From: Rebecca billardiae RCC1528
Lineage: Eukaryota > Protista > Haptophyta
Assembly (NCBI GenBank): GCA_965240325.2
Contig: OZ251230.1
Coordinates: forward strand, 1,240,001-1,304,000
Reading direction: 5' to 3'
DNA: 64,000 nt
Numbering within the stretch: the first letter of the stretch is position 1; the number at the start of each line of letters is the position of its first letter. Below, piece by piece: positions 43,479 to 55,902 of the stretch. The position numbers and the translations under genes were made by a program. Under the pieces are notes generated by a model. That model saw nothing but the letters and a program-made list of their open reading frames with translations. It was not told the origin of the DNA and ran no database searches.

Positions 43479-43787
43479 CGGCTATCTCCCTTGGTCAGTG
43501 TCAGGTGTTTACGACAGCATCATCATTGTCTGATAATAGTGTCCGAGCCGAGCGGTGCGTCGCAGGCGCGGCCCGTGTGAGGAAGTGCCGCGCTGTGGGC
43601 GAGGATGGGCACCCCACGAAAGTGCTGTGTTGAGACTGCATCATCGACATGTGAACGAGTGGACTCGCCCTGCGGCTCGCAAGTCGCCGTCGGAGGCGTA
43701 CTTGTTCCGAGCCACGCTGGCGGAACTGGCAGTCGGGTGTCGACCGTCTCACGGCCGACTCTGGATGGACTCGGCTGATCAAGAAGC

Positions 43788-44510
43788 TCAACGGTAGCCA
43801 TCCAGCTTGATGGCCTCGCGAAGCAATTCGTTCTGCCGGAAGTTCATGCCACCTGCGCCCTTGCGCGATTCCATGATGAGCTTTCTCTCCCACTCGGTGT
43901 CCACCGCCGTCTCGCACTCCTCAGGCGGGCGGTAGCCAGTGCGGCTGGCTTCGACGGCTGCTTCCTTGATCACTCGCAGATGCTTGTCGTTGAGGGCGTA
44001 CACGTCGACGATGGTAGGCGCGTGGTCGGCCGGTAGCGCGTCGATTGCCGCCCTCAGTCGTACGCGCATCATGTCGTCCACCCGCTCGTGTGCCAGGAGG
44101 TCGTCCAGCGTGCCCCGATCCACAAAGCCTTGGCCGCCTGTGTCGAGCGCATAGTACGCGTCGTACACGGCCGGCCGGCTGAGGGCGAGGAGATCCTGCT
44201 CCTTCAGGTGGTCGAACGCCTCGCGCGCGTACTTGGCCTCGTGGAGCAGCTCGCGTGCGAACTTGGAAAAGTCAGGGCTCGTGCCCTTCGTGTACGCGTA
44301 AAGCTCTGCGCGATCGACAATGCCATCCTTGTTTCTGTCGAGACGCGTGAAGAGCTTGTCAGCGAGCTCGGACGCCACGGGCTGGTCAGCCAGGCAAAGC
44401 ACGGCCGACCGAGGCGCCGAGACCACATAGCGCGCGCGACTCGCGCCCAGCCCCCCCGCAGAGCGAGCCGCAAGGGCGCTGACGATGAGGACGTCGACCA
44501 GTGCGGCCAT
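43788..44510 (-). CDS. EF-hand Ca2+-binding protein with bipartite presequence
   Basis: Canonical EF-hand LFTRLDRNKDGIVDRAEL and a second, degenerate one (YYALDTGGQGFVDRGTL). Hydrophobic N-terminus. Confidence 0.75.
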   Translation of the reverse strand: MAALVDVLIVSALAARSAGGLGASRARYVVSAPRSAVLCLADQPVASELADKLFTRLDRNKDGIVDRAELYAYTKGTSPDFSKFARELLHEAKYAREAFDHLKEQDLLALSRPAVYDAYYALDTGGQGFVDRGTLDDLLAHERVDDMMRVRLRAAIDALPADHAPTIVDVYALNDKHLRVIKEAAVEASRTGYRPPEECETAVDTEWERKLIMESRKGAGGMNFRQNELLREAIKLDGYR

Positions 44511-45230
44511 GGAGTTCCAGAAGCGTGGAGTGCGTGGACGGCGCACGCCGCGGCTTGCTGCAACTTTTCGGGCTCCTGTGACCAACCGTGACGAGTCAGC
44601 GGCGGCCAGGCGACCGGTGCGGCGGAGAGGCGCCGAGACATCGTCAGCCAATCACTGGAGCCCTGCCGTGATCAGTCTTCGTCGTCAGTGTCTCAGGTTT
44701 CGTCGCGAAAAGTCGTCGCGCGCGTGAAATCCGTTGGCAAAATATGACGCGATGGCAATCGAAAAATCAAAATCATCATCGCTGCTCAGAGCTCTAGCTC
44801 AGAGCTATCTAGAGCTAGCGGCGATGACAGTACTAGTAGCAGCCTACAGTAGCGGGTGTATGTAAATCACACAGTGTCGATCAGAATTGGTCGTCTAACG
44901 TCACAGTGGCGGATCAGGCCGTGCGCGTCTTGACCTGCGGCAGGCTCGGCCTCGAACGCTCAGGAGTCAGGTCAGCGACGGGCCCGCGGTGGATGGACAG
45001 CGGTCTTATTTACTACGTACGCAGTCACCTGCCGGCACCGATCGGCGGCGGCGATGCGCGGTCACGCGGGCGAGTCGCTCGGTGCCGGCCTGGTGCGTGG
45101 TGGCGCGCTCGGTTCGGAGTCTTCCGCGGGGCCGCGCGCTTCAAGGACGCGGTCCGCGGCGGCGGCTTTGGCAGCCCCGATGAGTCGATCTCCATCGCCG
45201 TGTCTGAGTCTACTGTCTGCACGAGGACCT

Positions 45231-47377
45231 TCAGCTCGACTCAGCCAGGGCGCCTCCCTCGCGTGGCTGCGATGCGCCGAGCGGCTTTGCCGCGCTCAGC
45301 AGCTCGGCCGTGAGGTACGGCGCCCCCGAGCCTCCCCCGCCGTCTGCGAGCTGAAAGCTGAGCACCGACGAGGGCGTCAGCTCGGCTGCGGCGATGCTCT
45401 CAGTCATGGCCTCGAGCCTCGGGCTCCTTCCGCGCTCGACCGAGCCGGCGGGGCGGGTGAGGTGGAACTCGTGCCTGCGGCGAGTCGGCAGGGCGCACGG
45501 GCGCGCGCGGGCGACGGCGCGGGCACGCGCGCGCGCTGAGCAACCGCGGCTCATTGAGGCCTCGCGCGCGCGGCCACTCCGCCTTGCGCCGCGCGGCGAC
45601 GAGCGCGCGCGCGGGCGCGCGCACCACGGCTCGCGCAGGCTGCCGGCCACAAACTCGAAGAGTGCGGAGACAGGCTCGGCCGCGCCGAACGTCCCCTGCA
45701 GCGCGTACCCGTCCGGGAAGCGCACACGCACCAGCGCGCGCTTGTACTCGCGCCGCCGGCTCGCAGCGTCCGCCTCGCGCTGTGCGCGCGTGCGCAGTGC
45801 GCGCCGCTCCTCCCGCTGCTTGGCCGAGCTCGCCAGCAACGCCTGGGACGGCGCGGCCGGGGCGGCGGGGGGCGTGCGCGGGGGCGGGGCGAGGGGCGGC
45901 GGGGTCAGCCACGCGCGCCACCGCCGCAGCGCGGCACGCGGCGCGAGCCACGCACCTTCGCCTCGGAAGGTTCCATCTCGAAGAAATCGTCCGGCACGTC
46001 AAACGTGGCGGCGGCCGCGAGCGTGCTCCCATCCAGCTGCCACACTGCGGCCGAGCGCGGCTCGGGCGGCGGCGCGCGCGGGGGGGAAGGCGCGGGGGCT
46101 GCGCCGGACGGGGACGGCGCGGGGACGGGCCCGTCCGCCCCGACGCTCCCCGCGCCCAGCGCCTCGAGCGTCTCGCGCACCACCTGGGCGCGCAGCGCGC
46201 CCTGCGCGTCGCCCTCGCCTGGCGCCGGGTAGTCCAGGAACTCTCCGGAAGCGTCGGGCGCGAAACCGCATGCGAGCAGTGCGCGCTCGAATGCTGGCGA
46301 CGCGGCGAGCATCTCGCCGATCTTGGCGTTGGTGCGCCTGATGCGCCGGTATTTGGGCTCAGACGGGTTCGCCGCGAGGTTGCCCAGCACGCGCTGCAGC
46401 AGTGCCAGGCCAGCGGCCACCGCAGCGGAGCCTGGCGCTGCAGCTGTGAGCACACTGACCGCCGCAGTAGCGTCCTCAGCGGACGGCTGCTGCGCGGCTG
46501 CAGCCACGGGCGCCGGCTGGAGGGGCGGCGGCGGTGGCGATGGCGCGGCGGCGGCGTGCACGGCCCCGCCCTCGCCGCCACGCGCGACTCCGCCGTGGGC
46601 CGAGCCCCCGGCCGCCTCCTCGGACAGCAGCTCCACAGCGCCCTCCAGGCTGCCATTCGCCGCGGCGAGCGCATGCGCCGCCGACTCGCGCGCAAAGCCC
46701 ATGGCCTCGAGCTGCTCGATGGAGCTGGGATCCACGGCGGTCTGCCCTGCGCCTCCAGCCTGCCAGCGCTCCTCCTTCTCCGCAGCCGCGCGCGCCTCCG
46801 CGCTCACCGCCGCCTCGACGTCGTGCACCGAGCGCGGCGCCGCGAGCGAGGTGAACTGCGCGCGCGTCGGGTCGAAGCCGCCGGAGGCGGACGAGGGCGG
46901 CGGCGTGGACGCCGGGGGCTGTGAGCTACTCGGCTGCGCCCCCGTGCTCGACGCCGCGCTCGCCTGGGCCGCATGGCGCCGGGCAGCGCTCATCTTGGCC
47001 GGCTGCTGCTTGGCCGCGCGCGCCTCTGCGGCCGCGGCCAGGGCTGCAGCGTCTGCGCGCGGCGCGTGTGGCGCTCGTGGCTCGGCCACGGCGGCGGCCT
47101 GCCCCGCCGGCGGCGGTTGGCCACGCGAGGACGGTCTCGCGCCCTCGCTCGGCCGCCCCTCGGACGTGCTGCCCAGCTTCTGCCCGCCGCCCTTCTTCTC
47201 CCACTTCTTCTCCGCACCGCCGAGCGAGTCGCCCAGGCCCTTGAAGAGCTTGCCCACGGCCTTGCCGGCGTCGGCGATGCCCTTCTCGAGCTTCTTGCCC
47301 ACGTCCTGCTCGTCGCCCTTCTTCGCCCTGTCGTCGCGGCCGTCCCGATCGCGGTCGCCGTGGCTGTAGACTGACAT
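45231..47377 (-). CDS. UBA-PUB-UBX p97/CDC48 cofactor (UBXN6/PUX2-like); 3 exons (47377-45956, 45842-45625, 45474-45231)
   Basis: UBA: IEQLEAMGFARESAAHALAAANGSLEGAVELL. PUB: NLAANPSEPKYRRIRRTN..LLACGF. Also DVPDDFFE and UBX VRVRFPDGYALQGTF. Confidence 0.9.
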
Positions 47378-47487
47378 CGCGTCCGCCTTCCGCCACGGGT
47401 GTGCGCGCCGCGGTGCGGCCGCGGAAGTTTCGGGGAAGCGCTGAAAGCAAGAGGGTGGCAGCCTGGTGAGGAACGCGTCCCGGCAAC

Positions 47488-47860
47488 GATGGCGGCGGCG
47501 GAGAGACGTAGCTCTGGAGAGGCAGCCGTCGCCGAGGTCCTATCCGCAGCGAGAGGGCTCCTTGAGTACGCCGAGGGCGATGCGCTGCCGCATGATGCCG
47601 GCACACAGGCTGTGGTGGCGCGCGCGAGGGCGCAGCTGGACGTCGCCTTCCCGGCACTGCACGCAGCGGCCGCCGACCTCGACTCTGGCGCGACAGCCGA
47701 CGATGGCCATCGACAACAGCTCCTGGCACGCCGTGCAGCGCTTGCGGCGGAGATAGATGACGTCGATTCGATACTCAAAGCTCGCCTCGACGCCCTCCGG
47801 CAATTCGCCACCCGTTTCGACGTTCTCGGCGCGGCCGCAGGGGCTGACGCACGCAAGTAG
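47488..47860 (+). CDS. Small helical/coiled-coil hypothetical protein
   Basis: ATG-started ORF divergent from the UBX gene, with a heptad-like C-terminus LAAEIDDVDSILKARLDALRQF. Confidence 0.45.
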
Positions 47861-48640
47861 TGGCTGACTGCGCTCCGAGGGGAACTGGCACAATGCTCTG
47901 GGGCAAGTGCGTGAACGACATCAGGTGGGCACGCGCTTCTAAGCATGGCGATTGGAAGAGGATGCCGACTCCAGGACCCCGACGACCTGGAGCTCGCCGG
48001 TGCGCGCGCTCCACACGACGACGACGCCGGCTCATCATCCCCGGCGGCCGACGACGAGGGGCGCCCGTCTGACGTGGCGCTGAGCGATGCAACGCACGTC
48101 TCGCACCCAACGCGCGCTTGGATGGGCGAGCGGTGGAGGACGCCACCAGCTCGTAGATCGAACGCCAATACGCGCTCCCCCCATGCAGCGTACAGCGTGT
48201 GCGACGTCGCGCGGATGGTGGCACTCAACCTCAGCCAGGGCACCCTCGCCGGCGGCCGCTGGCCCATCGGCCAAAGCACGCGCACAGACCGTCGCGTGGC
48301 GCGCGCGTCCCACAGGCGAACTCAGCCATCGTCAGAGCACGGTGCCACGTCGTGCTACCGACTGCCGGAGCCGGTGCGCGGGCTCGCTGCCATGTGGCCG
48401 CACGCCACCGTGTGGCCAGCGAGCAGACGTAGACCAGCGCCACTTCAGGTCGGATGGAAGCCAGCCGCCCGGCCAGAACTTTGATGGCAAGCAAGATGAG
48501 ATGCCTGCGCAGGCGGGGCCGCGAAGGGGTCCACCAAGGTTGCCTCTCAGCCGGACTTTGGCGTGCAACGGCTGCTGGCAGCGGGCGCGACGCGACCCAA
48601 TCGCCCTGCGCCCGAAGCCCCTTTCTACTGCGCCCGTGTC

Positions 48641-49327
48641 ATGCCGGCCGTCGCGATCGTCTGCACGTCGGCGCACGAGCTCAAGGGACACCCGACGGGG
48701 CTCTGGCTCGAGGAGTGCGCCGCCCCTTATTACCTGTTCCATGGTGCGGGGTACACCGTAACCCTCGCTAGCCCGAAGGGCGGTCCGGTCCCGATCGACG
48801 CGGGGAGCCTCGCGGGCGACTTCCTCACGGAGGCAGCCAAGAAGTTCCTGAACGACCCTGCGGCGATGGGCGCGCTGAGCCACACCACGCGCTTGGCGGA
48901 GGTGGACGTCAAGTCCCTGGACGCCATCTTCTTCTGCGGTGGCCACGGCACCTGCGCAGCGGGAGACTTTGTGGACCACCCATCGGTCAAGGCAGCAATC
49001 GAGGGCATGCACTCGTCGAGCAAGGTCGTGGCCGCGGTGTGCCACGGGCCCATCTGCCTTCCGCAGTGCGTCAAGCCCGATGGCAAGACGCCCCTAGTCA
49101 AGGGCCTCAAGGTGGCGGGCTTCTCCGACTCCGAGGAGAAGGCAGTCTCCCTCGATTCCAAGGTGCCCTTCCTCCTCGAGTCCAAGCTCAAGGAGCTGGG
49201 TGCCCTGTACGAGAAGGCGGACGACTGGCACCCCAAGGTGGTCGTTGACGGGAAGCTCGTCACTGGCCAGAACCCCCAGTCCTCCGAGTTGGTCGCAAAT
49301 GCGGTGATGAAGCTACTCAGTGCGTAA
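48641..49327 (+). CDS. DJ-1/PfpI family, Hsp31/glyoxalase III-like (class I GATase-like fold)
   Basis: TGLWLEECAAPYY, ASPKGGPVPID, FFCGGHG, nucleophile AAVCHGP, PFLLESKL and LVTGQNPQSS. Confidence 0.92.
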   Translation: MPAVAIVCTSAHELKGHPTGLWLEECAAPYYLFHGAGYTVTLASPKGGPVPIDAGSLAGDFLTEAAKKFLNDPAAMGALSHTTRLAEVDVKSLDAIFFCGGHGTCAAGDFVDHPSVKAAIEGMHSSSKVVAAVCHGPICLPQCVKPDGKTPLVKGLKVAGFSDSEEKAVSLDSKVPFLLESKLKELGALYEKADDWHPKVVVDGKLVTGQNPQSSELVANAVMKLLSA

Positions 49328-50038
49328 TGGGAGGACGGTGTCGTTCGGGACGCACGGTGCCCCCATTACCCGTCGGTCCGACAGTCGGGCTCGCGGACCG
49401 TCAGCGGACCTGCGCAGCCTGCGGCCGCTCCGCCCACGCCCGCGGCCGCTGCGTGCTGACAGCCTCGAGTCAGCGTCAGTGTGAGCGTGCAGCACGTGCC
49501 ACGTGGCAGCATGTGACGAGTCCGAATCTAGGCGCCGTCGTGGGCGTGCAGACTACGCTGTACGCAGTATCAGTCTGATACGTGTCAACAGTTTGACTGA
49601 TCCGTCAGAGTCTGACCGGACACGCGCTCATCGAGTCATATATATCGTCGTCATCAATATGTGACGAGTGCGGAGCAGTGGCGGCTTTCCGAGTGAAGTT
49701 TCATCAGACTTATTCAGAGACAGAATCGGCAAGAGTTGGATGAAGTGACTATATATATATATATAGTCGTGAGCAGTTTATCGCGCCATCAATAATTTGA
49801 CGATATGATTTTGAATTTGATGATGCCGCCGTGCCCTGGCCAGACTCAGATCCCATCCGCGCGCCAGCATCATCAATATATTTAATTTTAAAAGAATGCG
49901 GCCGTGCCAGCGCCCTAGCGCGGGCCTCTCACATTCTCGACTCCGCCGGCTCGCGCCTAGACTGCGTCAGTGTCACTGTCCAAGGAATGAAAAGGTGGGC
50001 GCAGGCTGCCGCAGCGCCCGCGCCCGACGCGCGCGCGC

Positions 50039-51565
50039 TCAGTACGCCTCGTTATCCAGCAGCAACGTGTCCCAGTGCAGCGTCGGGATGTGCAGCGGCT
50101 CGCCCGACGACGCGGCCATCAGCACGCCCGCGTGCTGCTCGCACAGCGCGTCCAGCGCCCTGACGGACAGCTGCACGTACACGCGCAGGTCGGGGGGCAC
50201 GCGGTCGACGCAGCCGTTGTGCAGGTCGGCGACCGCCTGCTCGTACCAGCTGACCACGTCCCCGCTGCTGCCCGGCCCGCCGAGCAGCGCGTCGACGCTC
50301 GTCGTGCTGCCGCTCGCGCAGCTGGGCAGCGAGAGCTCGCTGGCGGAGGGCCCGTGCCGGGGCGCAAACGCGTGGTGGCCGTTCGAGTGGAGCCGGTCGG
50401 CGTGGATGGGCGAGGTGGGCGGCGATGGGCTGTCGGCCGAGACGGCGGCGGGCGCGCTCGCAGACGCCAGGTTGGCGTGGCTCCCGTACGGCACGACGCG
50501 CGAGGTGGGCAGCTTCTCGACGACGTGCGTCCAGCCGATCGGCCGCACGAGCCTGAAGATGAGCAGGTGGTGGAAGAAGCGGCGCACGTTGGGCGACCAG
50601 TGCAGGAAGAGCTTGAAGAAGAAAGGGCGGACGACGCGGCGCAGCACGTCCGCCTGCTCCTCGAGCAGCAGGTCAAAGCCCGTGTACAGGAACTCGATCG
50701 TCTTGAGCAGCACCTGCATCTGCTCGCCCTCGAGCAGCACGCGGATCGCGTCAAACAAGAACTCGAAGTCGAACGCCGAGCGGATCATCGGCATATTGAC
50801 GTCCTTGAGCGTGCTCACCCACACGCCCACGAGGTCGAGCGCGGTCGAGACGCCGCCCACGTCGTGCAGGCTCGTCTTGAGCAGCACGATGCGCGTGAAC
50901 ACGGAGTGCAGGTGCGTGTGCCGGAGCAGCGTGAGCGCCAGCCTGGGAGGGGCGCACACGCGAGGTGGCGCCAGGGGGCGGGGGCCGAGGCGCGCGCGGT
51001 GCGATGCGCGGCGGTTCAGCTCCGTGCCGCAGCGGGTGGCGGGTGGGGCTCTCACGCGAGGCGCGCGGCGCGGGGCGGGCGCGGCGGGCTCACCGGAGCA
51101 TCGACTCTGGGTAGTGCATCACGTGCTGCGCCTTCATCTCGAGCAGCAGCCGCCTGAGCAGGCACACGTACCCGGGCACGGTGTGCCACTGCGACGCGTC
51201 CATCTCGGGCACCGCGTGGATCACCTCGATCGCCCACTGCTCGAAGATGGCGCAGAAGAGAGGCGTGCCGGCCGCGCGCAGGCGGGAGCGCCAGGCGGGT
51301 ACGGGCGGGACGAGCGCGCGCAGCGCGCCGAGCTCCTCCGCGCTCATCACGCGCTCCGCCGCGTCGTGCAGCGGCGACCAGTCGAAGGCGCTCGCCGGCG
51401 GCGCGGACGCGGACGCGGCCGCGTGGTGCCGCCCTCCGCTCGAGTCGAGGTGGCCGTGCGAGCCTCGGCTGCGCAGCGCCTCGCTCGGCTTGAGCTGCGT
51501 GCAGAACTTCTCCTCGAGATCGAACACGAGGCCGCGCCACTCGGGGATCGCGACGGACGACGACT

Positions 51566-51603
<38 letters not shown>

Positions 51604-51635
51604 GGAGCGAAGGGGCCGGCGGCGGCGGCCGCGCC

Positions 51636-51666
<31 letters not shown>

Positions 51667-54470
51667 CCGAGCGCGGCCGCGCCGCGCGCGCCGCTGGCCT
51701 CGCCCTTGCCGCCGAGCGCGGCGGCGGCGGCGCTCCCGCCGCCGCCCACGTCCGCGCGGCCGTGCGGCTCGGTGAGCGCCTCGAGCAGCGCGTCTGCGAA
51801 CCTCGGCACCCTGAAGAAGCAGATCGCGATGATGAACGAGTGGAACGTGGGCTGTTGCTCCAGCATGTCGCCGTGGTGCAGCCCGTTGAGCGCGGTCGCG
51901 AGCAACCGATACAGCAGCTCGACGTGCAGCCGGATAATCTCGGCGGGGAGTCCGGCGCCGTCCGGGCCGAGCTCGTCGAGGACGAGCTGGTTGAGCTCGC
52001 CGCGGCGCAGCACGCGCTGCAGCGTCGTGTAGCACCGCGTGCGCATCGAGTAGCGCACCACCGGCACCGCGTGCAGCAGCCGCAGCGCGAACGCGAGCAG
52101 CATCGCCTGCGAGTCGTGCAGCGACGACGACGACGCGTACACGAACGAGATGAAGGACTCCTTGTGCGAGAGCTCGAGCAGGCGGTCGACGTCGTCGAAC
52201 GTCGCGCCGAGCTGCTGGTCCGTGCACCCCGCCGCGCCCGCGCCGATCTGCGCGAGCAGCCGCTCGCACATGACGTGCAGCTCGCGCGGCTCAGACGCGG
52301 CCGCAATGTCTGTGTGCTGGCCGAGCGGGGAGACTAACGAGGACCAGAGGGAGGAGATGGCGGAGGAGGGGCCGCGGCGGGCGCCGAGCTCGGGGGCGGC
52401 GGCGTTCCGGTGCCGCGGCAGGATCACCGTGCACACCTGCCGCAGCACGCCGCCCTCCGAGAGCGTGCCCGACAGCAGCTGCGAGAAGAGCGGCGGCCGC
52501 TCGAACCGAAGCCGGCCCGTCACGCGGCCGGCGCGCACGCCCTTCAGCCAGAGGTCCTCGACGAAGGTGGCGGCGAGGTCGGGCAGCTCGTCGGCGTCCG
52601 CGGCGGCACCGCCGGGCTCGACGCCGCCCTCGCCCTCCGCCACCGCGCCGCCCGCGCCGCTGTCGCTGTCCCCGTCCGCCGGGACGACGGCCACGGCCGC
52701 GCCGCTGGTCGCCGCCCCCCTGCCTGCCGAGCCGCGCGCGGGCGCGCGCACCGAGCGGTTGAAGAGCTTCTCGAGCGTGAGCCAGCACAGCGCGGACTGG
52801 CGGCCGGTGCGGAAGCGCTGCTCCATCGACAGCGAGTCCTGGTACGGCTTCGCCGCCGCGCCCGCGCCCGCCGCGCCGCCCGCCGCCGCCGCGCCCGCCG
52901 CGTCGCCCTCCGCGTCCACGTCCGCGGTCAGCTGGAGCCGCACCGTACCGTACATGAGCTCTTCGAAGTAGCCGAAGGAGGAGATGGGCGGCAGGTCGTC
53001 CGGGCCGTCCCAGCCCACGCGCACGTACAGCTTGCCGTCCTCCGCCGCCACGGGCGCCACGGCCGCATGCCGCTCGGCCATCATGGGCGACACCTGCGGC
53101 GTTGCGTGCATCGAGCCGCCAGCGCCGGCCACACTGCCGGCTCGGGGGCGGCCGTCCTCCGAGGCCGAGGCCGCGCTCGGCGCGGTGTGGGCGTTGGTGC
53201 CGTTGGCGATCGTCGTCGTCGACGTCGTCGGGGTGGGCGCCGCCGCCGCCGATGCCGCCGCCGCCGCCGCCGCCGACGCCGCGATCGACGACGTCGACGA
53301 GTGCGAGCGCGACATGGGCGGCGAGCTGGGCAGCGAGGCGCTGTGATGCATGAGCGCATCGACGGAGCTGCGCCTGAACACCTGCGGCGGCGGCGGCTGG
53401 GCCGCGTCGTCCGCGGCGCCGGAGGCGCGCTCGACGGCGCTGCTGCGCGAAGAGCCGCCGCCGTCGGCCGCGACGGCGCTCGAGACCAGCCGCAGCTCCT
53501 TGGGCACCTCCGAGACGAAGAGCGTGTCCGCCACCATCTGCTTCTGCGAGAGGCGGTAAGTGAGCCGTGTCGTGCGCGTGCGGCGGTCCAGCCACAGCTT
53601 GCGCTGCGCGCGCAGCCAGGAGGAGCTGCCCGCGGCGGGCGCGCCGCCGTCGGCGCCCACCCCGAGCAGCTGCTCCAGCGCGATCGAGTCGAGCGGCAGC
53701 ACGAACTCCAGCGCCTCCAGCCGCACCACCCACGCGCGGTGCTCGCCGAACAGCAGCCGGAACGCGACGCGGCCGACCGGCGAGCCGTCCGCGGGCGAGC
53801 GCAGCTCGTGGTCGTGCGAGCGCGGGCCCGTGGCGCAGGTCCAGAGCGAGGGGCTCGCGCGGCCGACCACGCGGTCGGGCACGCCCGGCGCGCGCTCCAC
53901 GCACGACACGGCGAGGCTCCAGCCGCGCAGCGCGGACGCGGACGCGCTGAGCGCGACGCGGAACGCTTCATCCCATACGAGCTCGGCGCTGCCGTCGACG
54001 GCGGCGGTCTCGAGCTGGACGAGCGGGCCCAGCTCGAAGCGGAGGAAGTGGCACGCCCGCGCGCGCGGCGGCTCCTGCAGGTTGAGGTGCGCGTGCAGCG
54101 AGCTGATCTCCGCCTGCAGCTCGAGCGGCACGTCCGCCTCGTGCGCCGAGAGCGAGGGCTCCTCGCTGCGCGCCGCGGGCGGGGAGCCGCCGCCGTTGAC
54201 GCGCGGCGCGGTGGTCCACTGCTTGCCGTGCTGGGCGAGCGGCTGCGGCTCCGAGGCACCCTCCTCCGACGGCCGGCGCGAGATGCCCAGCACGCGCTTC
54301 TTCAGCACGCGCACGAGCAGCCGCACGACGCTCACCCACACGACGTCCCACAGCGGGCCGAGGAAGAGGCGCCACGCGACGAGCAGCGCGATGACGCGCA
54401 CGAGCGGCGGGAGGCGCCGCGTCGTGGGGGCCAGCGCGCCGGCGCCGGGCGGCGCCTGCGCGGCGGGCAT
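50039..54470 (-). CDS. Large protein: N-terminal TM helix, degenerate C2-like domains, C-terminal DUF1765-like region; intron 51093-50943
   Basis: C2-like LVWDE..WSLAVSCVE..DRVVGRA..L...ATGP. C-terminal FDFEFLFDAIRVLLE, LLKTIEFLY and FFKLFLHWSPNVRRFFHHLLIFRL. Confidence 0.75.
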
Positions 54471-54934
54471 CCGGCCCAACAGCAAGGTAGGACCGACCAC
54501 TCGCCACCGACAGCTCGACCAGCGCGCGCTTGCGAGAGCGCTGCGACCGCCACCGTGGTTTCTGAGCTCGCGATTTTCCCGCGGCTGGCGCGGGAGCGGC
54601 GCTGGACTTTCAAAGTTTTTCTCGAGCCAAGGAGGGCCGGGGGGGGGGTCCGGCTGCAGGACAAAAGGATTGGACGTTTCGGTCCGGCTATCTCGTGCCG
54701 CGAGCTCCGTACTCCGGTGTCCCTGACGAATGCTGACGACGCACTGTGATTGGGCAACCCTGCTGCGGGCTCATCGCCGCTACATCACGAACCGGCAGCC
54801 CTGCTGCTTTCAAGCGAAAAAGAGAAGGAAAGTACAAATTCTTCCGGTCCAGCATTTCGTCAGCCAGCAAGCGCGTACCAGAAGATGCGAATCGTTATTG
54901 GTCACGAGGCGTAATGCCGTCCAGCCACGCGTCG

Positions 54935-55865
54935 ATGAGGTTAGGCGCCGTCCTCGCGCTCGCGCTCGTGCCGGCGGCCGTGGGCTTCGCCGGTGCGCGG
55001 GTCAGCGCGGTCCAGACGTGCCCGACGCGTCCCGCCGTCCGGCGCTCCGCCGCGCTCGCGTCGTCGACGCTCGAGGAGACGGACATTGTGCCGCCGCCGT
55101 TGAACGGCGCGTCCAAGCCGGAAGTGCCCGAGGCGCCGCCACGCGCCTCCCGCAGCCCGAGGGGGCGGGTGGGCAGCTGGGAGCGCATCGCGGACGACGA
55201 TAAGCCGCCCATGGACTCCGCTCCCATCTCGCCGAAGATCATCTCCATCCTCGCGGAGCGCGGCATCACGCACATGACGCCCATCCAGGTGAGCGCGCGC
55301 ACGCGCCGCGGCCCTCGCCGCGCGGGCGCTCGCGCCGCCCGCACGCAGTGCGCTCACGCCCGCGAGCCCTCGGCGCACCCCCTCCCCCGCCGCGTCCAGT
55401 CCGGCGTCTTTGACCACATCTTCACCGGCCGCGACGTGCTCGCTCGCTCGCGCACGGGCACGGGCAAGACGCTCGCGTTCGCGCTGCCGATTGTGGAGTC
55501 GATCGCCAAGCAGGAGGTGGCGCGCGTGCGCTCGGGCGCGCCGCTGGCCGTCGTCCTCGTGCCCACGCGCGAGCTCGCCAAGCAGGTCGCGAGGGAGTTC
55601 GAGACCATCTCCGCCGCGCACCGCCTGTCGACGGTCGCAATCTACGGCGGCGCGCCGATGGGCCCTCAGGTCCGCGAGCTGCGCCGTGGCGCGCACATCG
55701 TGGTCGGCACGCCCGGCCGGATGCTCGACCATCTCAACGAGGGCACGCTTGACCTCTCCGACATCCAGCACGCCGTCCTGGACGAGGTGCGCGCGTGCGC
55801 GCGCGCGCGCGCGCGCGCGCGCCACACGGCCGCGCTCGCGCTCACGCCGCACCGCTGCCCGCCTC

Positions 55866-55902
<37 letters not shown>

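Noticed and set aside
47488-47860. Mediator Med30-like assignment for the small coiled-coil ORF
   Set aside because: The resemblance is only a generic heptad pattern and needs a profile search.
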